Source: Macrostomum lignano
Lineage: Eukaryota
Assembly (NCBI GenBank): GCA_002269645.1
Contig: NIVC01004238.1
Span: 1-53,714, forward strand
Reading direction: 5' to 3'
Length of the DNA stretch: 53,714 bases
Part shown: positions 36,184 to 47,633 of the stretch, piece after piece
Layout of the letters: the number at the start of each line of letters is the position of its first letter
How positions within the stretch are numbered: the stretch's first letter is position 1
Notes under the pieces: model-generated
The model's input: only the letters and a program-made list of their open reading frames with translations
The model's database searches: none
What the model was told of the DNA's origin: nothing
Translations under genes and position numbers: made by a program

Positions 36184-36305
36184 CCTGGGAGGGTGATGTC
36201 TGATCCCCTTCTACCCTGGTATCAGTACCTCAGGCCATAGCTCTGTAAGCTATCATTCCCCAGGTTACATCACAATCAAGTGTGATTTTCCTGAGCTGAT
36301 ACTGG
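36184..36305 (+). ncRNA. Predicted pseudoknotted structured RNA element (possibly a retroelement/SINE core)
   Basis: Hand-derived pairings: 36184-97 with 36252-64 (13 bp), 36216-34 with 36290-305 (16 bp), and hairpins at 36237-53 and 36269-86. No expression evidence. Confidence 0.35.
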
Positions 36306-37341
36306 CATGTAAAAAAGCACGTCTAATACGCCAGCCCCTACATCGCCCGAATCGGTCGACAACAACCTAGGCTAGGTACGCAATTTATGCAGGCAATCCC
36401 CAAAATTGATGTGCCACGGAATGTCTATGATGTGCGAGTGCAATGTCCTTCTATTTTAGTGGTGTTCGTACGTACAGACTTGACTGAAGTTTCTAAAATA
36501 GGAGAAAAGAAAGTTCTAATCGTAAAATAGAGAAGACCTCTCCCTCTCCTCTCCGAGCTACCTCTCCGAAAGCTTTATACAACATGTCAGCATGAAATAA
36601 GTAAATTAATTCATTTTTGCTTGGTACTGTAGAAACTGTTTTTAATTGTACAAGTCTTTTACCTAATACCTCGCGCGGGCAAACGTCAACTGGGAAAGTC
36701 TCAGCGAGACTTTTTTCCTGAAATCCTCTGAAAGATCTATATATAGCTAGCTTCAGACAGATCTTCGAATTATCCATCTACTCGTTTATTAGCTGCCATA
36801 AAAGTGCAGCAGGCAACACATAACAGCTTCCGAACTCTTCAATAGTATCTTGCTATGTTTTGCAATGATGCTGCTTTGAAATGAAGGCGCCAGATCGAAA
36901 GATCGAACCATCCCAAATCGTAGCCATTTTGAAACAGATAGTATTGAACGCCAGAAACGACAAAGGGAGGCGTTGCAAAGTTAAACAGGCATAATTTAGA
37001 AAAAAGGGTCCATGAAATCGGCAATGCTGGCGGCAGCAGAACATGTGAAGTGAATAAACAGGCTAATAATACGGCACTGATGCGTGGAATTCAAAGCCAA
37101 GGAAGTCAAATGAACCGCCGTGTAGCAAGGAATCACGCACAAAGCAGTCGCTCTTGACTCGCGGAATCTGTCCGTCTGTCTAGATCCCAGTATTTCCCAT
37201 TGGCTGAGAGGCAGCAGATCTATGCCCCTATCTAAGCTCGCTCACTATAATTACAACCCGTGGAAGTTGATTGCCATCTTTGCCTCCAAGAAGCATCACT
37301 GATTCACTGAAGCCCGCTTAGTCGCCAAACTGTATTCAACC

Positions 37342-38597
37342 ATGCTGTCGACAGTCAAAACCGACAATCTAAACATCAGTGAAGAGCTGCTGCTCAACAT
37401 GCAGCAAAGCGCAATGATGAAGGAGAGCACGCACTTCAATCGGGTGATGCTAGTGATACTGGGCCTCATCTGCGCCACGGCAACCGTTGCTAACCTACTG
37501 CTGGCTTACGCGGTAACCGCCACCCGCCAGGTGAAGCGAAATCCGGTCACCCCGCTGCTGTACAGCCTGTGCCTGTGCGACCTGTTCATCGCGATAGCTG
37601 TGGTCCCGGTCACCGGTGCCCAGTTTAGCGATCACCGATGGCACGCTGGCGGAGTCACCTGCAGCGGTGTCCACTTTGCTAATCTAGCCGTTATGTTTGC
37701 CTCGGTGTTCACCCTCACAACCATCAGCTGGCGCAGAAGCTTCGGTGTGCGCAGGGTACTTCAAGCTCGAGCGTCTGGGACCCGACAGCCGGCCGTTAGC
37801 GTCAGCTGCGCCAAGGCTCTCATAGCCATCTGGACGCTTTCAGCTATGGCCGCGCTGCCCTGCGCTATGAACTATCGTCTGGAGCCCTGCCCGTTCAGTC
37901 TGACCGACGAAGAGAACTGCCACATGTGCCAGGAGAGCTGGAACGTCACTTTGTCCATGCTTCTACCCTCAAGGGTGCCGACTCCCGAGGACGAGACTCG
38001 CGCCAGGCTGCTGTACTCCACTTTTATCCTACTTGGCGTGTTGGTACTGCCGCTGTTCGTAATTGGGATTGCCTACGTGCGAGTCTGCCGCCTGGTGGCC
38101 CGGGCGAGTCGGTCCCTGCGAGAGATCAACCGGCAGCAGCAGCTGCAGCAGCGTCATCTCCATCGATTGCAGTATCACCGACCTCAGCATCAACAACAGC
38201 ATCGGCAGCAGCAGCCGCAGGCTCCCCAAATAATTGGTAAAACTCGCCTGGCACGATCTCAGCGGATCTTCCGCCTATCGATTGTGCTCATCGTAATCTT
38301 CGCCTGCTTCTGGTCGCCTATCCACCTGTGGAACATCGTCATTGACGCTTGGAACTTTGGCGGCGACAGTCCAGACGAGGCCAGCCTGCGATTTCTGCTC
38401 ATCGCCAAGGACGTCTATCTGGTCTTCATGTCGTTGGCCTTGGCCAACTCGGCCGCTAATCCGCTGTTTCTATTCGCCACTGATGCCGCTTATCGGCGCT
38501 GTCTGCGCAATCTGCTCCGACGCTGCAGGGGCTGCTGCGATCGTCAGGATCAGCAACGCCGTCGTCGGGTTCAATACGGCGGCGTGCAGGTGATTCA

Positions 38598-38642
<45 letters not shown>

Positions 38643-38826
38643 GCCGCCGCTGGTGCCGCCCCTGATGCCGCCGCCGCGGCAGTGTCTGGACGATCAGCGT
38701 AGCTTCGTCGCCGGCCAGCGCCAGCAGCTGTACTGTCGGCACGGTCACTTGTCTTGCTGGTTCGACTGCGGCTACGATAATGACGGCTTGAAGACGTTAA
38801 GTCCTCAAGTTTGCCCACCGATTTGA
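37342..38826 (+). CDS. Rhodopsin-class (class A) peptide-receptor-like GPCR, 494 aa, intronless
   Basis: Seven hydrophobic segments, including LCLCDL (TM2), WHAGGVTC (ECL1/TM3 Cys), IWTLS (TM4), LP...AY (TM5), FWSP (TM6) and NSAANP (TM7). Q-rich ICL3 and a 17-Pro tract in the tail. Confidence 0.92.
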
Positions 38827-40666
38827 GACTTTGCACGAACGATTGAACGCTGGATGGAACTTATTCGAAACATTTTTTGTTTTAATTCATTACTCATCGT
38901 CGTCTTTTTTATTTCTCGAGCTTGTTATCATTTTTTGTCAACTAAGACCATAATTACGAGGTCTCGTAGAACCTGAGTCATATATAATTTGCTTTGTCGT
39001 ACATGTAAGTCGTAGTAGCAGCGTGTATTGCTGTTTTCTTTCGATAAAAATGTTCTGCACACGCTTGGTTTTTGTCTCAGTGGTTTTTTTGATAATATTT
39101 TCCGTTCTAAAAAATACACACAAAAAATTTCCTTGAACACAAGTCGATTCTCTACTTAACCCGAAATGAAGAGACCATTGTTAGGATGTTTGCGCCATTG
39201 TGGTCCGCCCTCTTGGGTGCGAAACATACGACAACAACCTAGGCCAATTTTCGGACACAATCCCCGAAAACCAATGTGAGCGCGCACGGAATCAAATCAG
39301 GAGTCGTGGCGCGAGAATGTGACGAGCTGCTCACGAGTGTCAGAGATAGTCAATTATCGCTCGTCAAAAACGCACTCAAAATTAACAAGAGGCTTCGCTT
39401 GCCAGGGCTGGAACAAAAAGTCACGGTTGACTAGACTATTACAAAGCATCCATGCGCTTTGATTGGCATTTCTGTTTATGCGAGTAAAACTGTTTGTTGT
39501 TGTGTCGCTCCGTCTCATGGCAGCAATACATTGATTGCAAGCTGGCAACGCTAATTCAGACACTGCAGGTCTCAAAACCAGCCATAGCCTACTGCTGCTA
39601 GTGGGAAACTCTTCCTTCCACAATGATTTGTCAACCTGAACTAAAGCCGTCTGCCCTCAGATTGCTATACCTATATTTACACCGGAATCAGACAGCGCCC
39701 GAAATTCCTGCCGTCATATCATATTCCTATAATTTACGAGTATACGGGCAAACAGAGATTAGCCAAATATGAGCCGGGGGACTTTACTGACTGCAAACTA
39801 TATGCTTACATTATCTAAAATATTATCTATATGTTAGATATAAATATATATCAGTATTGGCTTAAAATAAAAATCACCTTGCGCAAATTTATTTTAATTT
39901 ATAAATGTCAAAATTCTGTTACAATTTTGACTAAGAAAATCATCACGCGTAATTCTGACGTATCTGATGACTTGAGACGTATCTGGATTACCGAATATCC
40001 TTGTTACGAGCTCGTCTGGAAATGTACTTTTTTGGTATAATTGGTATGTGCGCGGGCACTTCAAGGAAATGAGTGTTGGCATTAATTATCGTTCCTATAA
40101 TATAGGAGAGTGCATGCTCGCAGAAATCTGTACCAATATACGTTATAGTATATACAGGATCCATGGCAAAGGATGCAAGATGGTTCAAGATCATTCATTC
40201 GCTCATCTATTTTTCCGACAATTCTCCTCAAACACACACCGCATCCAGATGGCTTTCACGATCTGTGCAATCCAAGGTTTTGGCGCATCTCTAATCTGCC
40301 AACAAACCCCCGTTGCTTCGCAATTGCATAGCCTATCCAATTTTATTCTAGCTCGTAGCAATGGATTTGCTCGAAATGCTTCTTCGATCCATTGCTCAAC
40401 GGGTGACTAATCTGTAGGCCCAACTGCGAGCATATAGATATGGCGTCATTGATGCACTTAGGGAGTGAAATTGGATAGCAGAACGCGGATCACTTTAGTC
40501 GGGCAATACGAAATGAAAGCTAGAACCATCTGTTCGCGTCAATCTCCGCATATCTCTTGCTCACGAACAGATGCAAATGATATTCCCAGATGTGCGCACT
40601 GCGACATTAAGTGATCTGATTTATTGCATCTGTATAATGCTATTACTTTCTGTGCTGTTTAAAAAA

Positions 40667-40863
40667 GTCAGTGACTGCTCAGTTAGTTAATGACTGAGTG
40701 AGTCAGATCAGTCAGTGACTGCTCAGTTAGTTAATGACTGAGTGAGTCAGATCAGTCAGTGACTGCTCAGTTAGTTAATGACTGAGTGAGTCAGATCAGT
40801 CAGTGACTGCTCAGTTAGTTAATGACTGAGTGAGTCAGATCAGTCAGTGACTGCTCAGTTAGT
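40667..40863. repeat. Minisatellite, 44 bp (GTCAGTGACTGCTCAGTTAGTTAATGACTGAGTGAGTCAGATCA) x4.5
   Basis: Units start at 40667, 40711, 40755, 40799 and 40843. Confidence 0.95.
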
Positions 40864-41214
40864 GAATGAGGATTAACACAGCTTGGTTCATTCGAGATAT
40901 TATAAATTGCAGTCAGCACGCTGATAGCTGCTTAATACTTCCATTTTTTCCTAGCCAACTAGAACCAGACACGTGAGCTTTAGCGTCAGAGAGGCGTTAA
41001 TCATACGGATCAGATCAGAAATCATTCAGAAGGTTATTTTTCTACAGCTTCACCTATTATCTGTTTCCGATTGAAGACAGGACGATTCAATACGGACGCT
41101 CTGTATTCTGGAGATTATCTAGACGGCGCGGAGGCGTTCAAATAAACAGGACCTCTTTTCAGGACAGGATAGCACATATTAGAAACATCATCTCTGATGT
41201 TACTTTCGCAATAC

Positions 41215-41621
41215 GAAAATGTCCTTATCTATCAGACATTTTACACATGAATTCAAGTTCCCTTCACAATGTCCGTATCTATCAGACATTTTACACATGA
41301 ATTCAAGTTCCTTTACAATGTCCTTATCTATCAGAAATTTTACACATGAATTCAAGTTTCTTTCACAATGTCCATATCTATCAGACATTTTACACATGAA
41401 TTCAAGTTCCCTTCACAATGTTCATATCTATTAGACATTTTACACATGAATTCAAGTTCCTTTACAATGTCCTTATCTATCAGAAATTTTACACATGAAT
41501 TCAAGTTTCTTTCACAATGTCCATATCTATCAGACATTTTACACATGAATTCAAGTTCCCTTCACAATGTTCATATCTATTAGACATTTTACACATGAAT
41601 TCAAGTTCCTTTACAATGTTC
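41215..41621. repeat. 49/50-bp satellite with a 149-bp higher-order period
   Basis: Monomer starts at 41226, 41276, 41325, 41375, 41425, 41474, 41524 and 41574. Confidence 0.95.
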
Positions 41622-41967
41622 AACCATCTTTCCGAACCCCGTGACGAGAAGAAAGCGTATTAACTTCTACTTGCTCAAGCACTTCGATACGAATCTGCCC
41701 GATGTTCTCATACTTCTGTACGACAACTCATGGAAAGTCAGGCCCTGCTGACTGTGGGGAGGGGGTGGGGTAGATATGCTCTCTCGCGGCTGATGAATTC
41801 TCTCGAGACTTCTTTAGCTAAGCTTGTGGCTTCATATTCGATCCCGTTAGAATCTTTGTACTTTAATTTCAGCAAAGATGAGAGCGAAATTTCGCACAAT
41901 TGAACCAATATGAAGCTGTTCGGGGGTTGGTTTTGTACGAGCGTATTGTATAATTACGATGGCACCT

Positions 41968-42965
41968 CTGAATGCTGTATAATGGCTCCCTCTGACAGTC
42001 ATATAATGGCTCCCTCTGACAGTCATATAATGGCTCCCTCTGACAGTCTTATAATGGCTCCCTCTGACAGTCATATAATGGCTCCCTCTGACAGTCATAT
42101 AATGGCTCCCTCTGACAGTCATATAATGGCTCCCTCTGACAGTCATATAATGGCTCCCTCTGACAGTCTTATAATGGCTCCCTCTGACAGTCTTATAATG
42201 ACACACTCTGACAGCCATATAATGACACCCTATGACCGTCATATATTGACACCCTCTAACAATCATATAATGACACCCTCTGACAGCCATATAATGGCAC
42301 CCTCTGACAGTCATATAATGACACCCTCTGACAGCCATATAATGGCACCCTGACAGTCATATAATGACACCCTATGACCGTCATATATTGGCACCCTCTG
42401 ACAGTCATATAATGACACCCTCTGACCGTCATATAATGACACGCACTGACAGTCATATAATGACACACTCTGACAGCCATATAATGGCACCCTCTGACAG
42501 TCATATAATGACACATTATGACAGTCATATAATGACACACTCTGACAGTCATATAATGACACCCTCTGGCAGTCATATAATGACACACTCTGACAGTCAT
42601 ATAATGACACACTCTGACAGTCATATAATGACACCCTCTGACAGCCATATAATGGGACCCTCTCAAAGTCATATATGACACCCTCTGACCGACATATAAT
42701 GGCACCCTCTGACAGCCATATAATGACACCCTCTGACAGTCATATAATGACACACTCTGACACACTCTGACAGTCATATAATGACACCCTCTGACAGTCA
42801 TATAATGACACCCTCTGACAGCCAAAAATGACACCCTCTGACAGTCATATAATGACACACTCTGACACACTCTGACAGTCATATAATGACACCCTCTGAC
42901 AGTCATATAATGACACCCTCTGACAGCCAAAAATGACACCCTCTGACAGCCATATAATGACACCC
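41968..42965. repeat. Minisatellite, 24 bp (TATAATGGCTCCCTCTGACAGTCA / TATAATGACACCCTCTGACAGTCA), about 41 copies
   Basis: Tandem repetition, with the GGCTCCC variant clustered at the left. Confidence 0.95.
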
Positions 42966-44125
42966 TCTTATCATATAATAGCCCTTTAAATGTCCCTTCG
43001 CTCTTTTCAAGCGATCCTGTCGGGAAAGAACAAAAACTAAGCTAATTAACAAGTTTCTCAACCTTCTCGTTCACCTGCTTCAGAAAATTGCAAATTTAAT
43101 CATAGCCTGCAGTTATAGAACTCTAATTAATGTAACCTGGGTTGCTTTTTGTGCAGGATTTTTCTATTTTTCAGTTTTTTTTCAACGGCAAGAAAGCTGG
43201 CTCTGACAAAAGTTTCAAGTTTGACTTCACGGCCAGCTTCTCAGTTGGTTGATGCACTCACAAGGGAGCTGACGGATGCACTTGACAGCTTTGGCTGAGT
43301 CGTTCAGTTTATTGACATTGATGGTATGAAGTGCTACAATGGATAGTTTTGGACCGTTGCTACTATAAAAATTATTTAAAACTGAAATAGGTCAGCAATA
43401 AAGTGAGATAACTCAGTATTAGATTTATGATAAACTGAAATAGATCTGCTAAAAAGTGACTGAGTGACTCAGATCAGTCAGTGACTGCTCGTTTAGTGAC
43501 TGAGTCAGGAGTCATAGACCTCACACTAGATGGCTCGAGTTACTGAGTGGGTGGCATGCAGCAATCATAAAAATTCCTTCAACTGACTTCCCTCTGCTCA
43601 ACCTTTTATTTGTTTATGAGTGAGGACACGACGATCTGGACATGATTACATGATTTTTGTAATGCGAGTATCTCTTTTACAATGTAACAATTTTACTCAT
43701 TGATAACAAGTTCCATCCATTGAAACAAGCGATAGTCTGTTACATCTAAGTATCTTAAGATTAACTTTTCGTTAATCACAAATGATATGTTGTTATTCTC
43801 AATGACGTCATCAAAAAGAAACTACATACATGAAGACAAATTCGGCAATATGCTCAAGTTCTCGTGTAAATCGATTGAATGGTTCGTGACTTCTCAGCTG
43901 CTAAGTTAATTAAGTCCATCCAGCATGAGGATGCTCGGCTCTGATGGGGGAGACAGACGCGGCAAATTGGGAAATTTCAACGCAGAAAGATTCGTGCAAT
44001 TCTATCACCTTCTGTCTGGATTGCAAGGTGAGGGAAGTTTTTTTAGTTATGTACTTTTATTCAGGTCGAACGCTTGCTGGAAAACAAAAAACAGTGAGTC
44101 ACATAGTAATGAAATTGCAGGGATT

Positions 44126-44385
44126 TTTGGGAGGCGCTTTGTGGGGAATCTTTTTGGGAGTCGCTTTGTGGGGAATCTTTTTGGGAGTCGCTTTAAGGAG
44201 AATCTTTTTGGGAGTCGCTTTGTGGGGAATCTTTTTGGGAGTCCCTTTGTGGGGAATCTTTTAGGGAGTCGCTTTGTGGGGAATCTTTTTGGGAGTCGCT
44301 TTGTAGAGAATCTTTCTGGTAGTCGCTTTGTGGAGAATCTTTTAGGGAGTCGCTTTGTGGGGAATCTTTTTGGGAGTCGCTTTGT
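44126..44385. repeat. Minisatellite, 27 bp (TTTTTGGGAGTCGCTTTGTGGGGAATC), about 10 copies
   Basis: Direct tandem repetition. Confidence 0.95.
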
Positions 44386-44604
44386 ACCTCACTTTCTTCG
44401 GGTCCACCTTACTCCGTTTCTGTCAAGAATTTCTGCTTACCTAAATTATTGATGGTTTTTTAAGAGGCTGACCAGCAGTCTGACTGCATGGGGATGCGTC
44501 CGGATGCAGCGGGAAGGCGTTGCAGTTCTTTCCGCTTATCCCTAGCTATCACGGGGCAGCTACTGACTGCATGGGTCGCTGAAAAACTGTTTTGAGCGGT
44601 GGCA

Positions 44605-44770
44605 GTCAGAGGGTTGTGGGGTTGGATTCTTGAAGTTGTTTGGGGCTGGATTCTTGAAGTTGTTTGTGGTTGGGTCCTTGGGGTTGCTTGTGGTTGGATC
44701 CTTGGGGTTGTTTGTGGTTGGATCCTTGGGGTTGTTTGTGGTTGGATTCTTGAAGTTGTTTGTGTTGTGT
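44605..44770. repeat. Minisatellite, 24 bp (GGATTCTTGAAGTTGTTTGGGGCT family), short array
   Basis: Same unit as 44965-45850. Confidence 0.9.
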
Positions 44771-44964
44771 CTTTTGTTTGTTTAATGATAAATCAAATGA
44801 ACAAGTCTTGAACTTAAATTAACTAGCCGATCTTCGGCTCTTGCTTTTTATTTTATTATTATTTTTTCTGCAAGCCTAACTTGCTCTCATTACGGGTAGA
44901 AGCGTACGGTGTGCTGGGAACCATTTTGTCTATGGTTCGACTTGGCTTGGCTTATAGCCACAGC

Positions 44965-45850
44965 AGTTTGGGGTTGGATTCTTGAAGTCGTTTGGGGTTG
45001 GATTCTTGAAGTTGTTTGGGGCTGGATTCTTGAAGTCGTTTGGGGTTGGATTCTTGAAGTTGTTTGGGGCTGGATTCTTGAAGTTGTTTGCGGTTGGATT
45101 CTTGAAGTTGTTTGCGGTTGGATTCTTGAAGCTTTTGGGGTTGGATTCTTGAAGTTGTTTGGGGCTGGATTCTTGAAGTCTTTTGGGGCTTGATTCTTGA
45201 AGATTCTTGAAGTTTTTTGGGGTTGGATTCTTGAAATTGTTGTTTGGGGCAGGATTGTTTGGGTTGTTTGTGGTTGGATCCTTGAGGTTGTTTGTGGTTG
45301 GATCCCTGAGGTTGTTTGTGGTTGGATCCTTGAGGTTGTTTGTGGTTGGATCCCTGAGGTTGTTTGTGGTTGGATCCTTGAGGTTGTTTGTGGTTGGATC
45401 CCTGGGGTTGTTTGGGGTTGGATCCTTGAAGTTGTTTGGGGCTGGATTCTTGGGGTTGTTTGTGGTTGGATCTTTGGGGTTGTTTGTGGTTGGATCCTTG
45501 GGGTTGTTTGTGGTTGGATCCTTGAAGTTGTTTGGGGCTGGATTCTTGAAGTTGTTTGGGGCTGGATTCTTGAAGTTGTTTGGGGTTGGATCCTTGAAGT
45601 TGTTTGGGGCTGGATCCTTGAAGTTGTTTGGGGCTGGATTCTTGAAGTTGTTTGGGGCTGGATTCTTGAAGTTGTTTGGGGCTGGATTCTTGAAGTTGTT
45701 TGGGGCTGGATTCTTGAAGTTGTTTGGGGCTGGATTCTTGAAGTTGTTTGGGGCTGGATCCTTGTTTGGGGTTTTTTGGGGTTGGATTCTTTGAGTTGTT
45801 TGCGGTTTTTTGAGGTTATTTGTGGTTGTTTGGGATTGTTTGGTGTTGTT
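44965..45850. repeat. Minisatellite, 24 bp (GGATTCTTGAAGTTGTTTGGGGCT), long array
   Basis: Direct tandem repetition. Confidence 0.95.
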
Positions 45851-46609
45851 TGAGTATACAAATACGAGTACTCCGTGGCTCCACCCCGTCGGGAAGTTCT
45901 CCCAAATTTCAATTATTAATAGTTACAGAAGGGTGATTTAGTTAGGCCTCTTTTGCATGCAGAAAGGTTAAAGCAAGAGCCAGTACCAGATGCAATTGTG
46001 ACAGTTCACGCATATTTAGCCTCGCTAGCTACGCACTATTTGATAAAAAACGAATGCTTGGAATCCGAAAATTTCACATTGCACTTTTTCATATCTGGAT
46101 TTTATAGACGTGATGCGTCAGAGTCACAAATGTAACTTCCTGAGTAAAGATCCGACTGCAACTAGCGAAAAAGTAAACAGGTATCGATAAACTCCGTTTT
46201 ATGAGTTTTGTAACAGCATTTTCGAAAAGACAGAATTTCTTTTTTTCATCCAACAACTACCAAACACGAACAGCACGAACTGGCCCTGCATGCCCTGGTT
46301 TTGGCATCGCGACCCTGCTTTGCAGGCTTTTTTGGTACACTAACGTTTTTATTTGAATCCTTAGCGAGATAAAGACTGCCCGGCTGCCTGCCTGCGGTCA
46401 AGTGTGTGACGCAGGATCGGTTCAATGATTTATTGATATCGTAGGGCTGCAGGTGTAGGTAGGTAATCTAAAGCTTGTATGTTTAAGTAAAGCGTTGCTT
46501 ACGTTTCATAGGTTGTAAAATGATAAATCTGCACTTCACTAGTGGCTACTACCAAGTAAGTAGTAACTTGTGGGCAGTTAAATTATGGGATATTACACTG
46601 CCATTAGTT

Positions 46610-47218
<609 letters not shown>

Positions 47219-47633
47219 ATCTTAGTGTCCGTTAAAGCAACAAAGAAAGTTTCTTTCAGTCCTCTAGAAGACAATACAAAATGAGTTAGCTATATTTTGA
47301 GCTGCATCTTGCGGCTATGGTGATGCTTAATTAATAAAAATTATAATCTAAACATTTAGTATTTACCGCCATACGCGTACACATAAAGATATCTGACTGG
47401 TGAGTCGGTTCAACCATGTATACAAATAGTTGTAGTCCTGCATTCAGTTCAAATGAGAGTACGAGAGCTTTGCGTAACAAATTATTTTTTATGTCTCTAT
47501 AAACCTTGAAGAATAGAAATGAGGCCGTCGAAAAGTGACTTAAATTTATACAAAAAATAAACTTATTTGACCGGCTCAAGGTAGTGGAATTTCTCGGCGC
47601 TGTCTGATGTTCACCATGCGGTGTGGTCTGAGA

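Noticed and set aside
36216-36305. Hammerhead ribozyme on the minus strand (three stems and a GAAA)
   Set aside because: There is no CUGANGA core, and stem III lacks the required U-H cleavage triplet geometry.
36184-36305. Canonical HDV-like ribozyme
   Set aside because: The helix order fits, but the 3-bp P3/L3, the P1.1 GG/CC pairing and the catalytic C in J4/2 are missing. It is retained only as an unassigned structured RNA.
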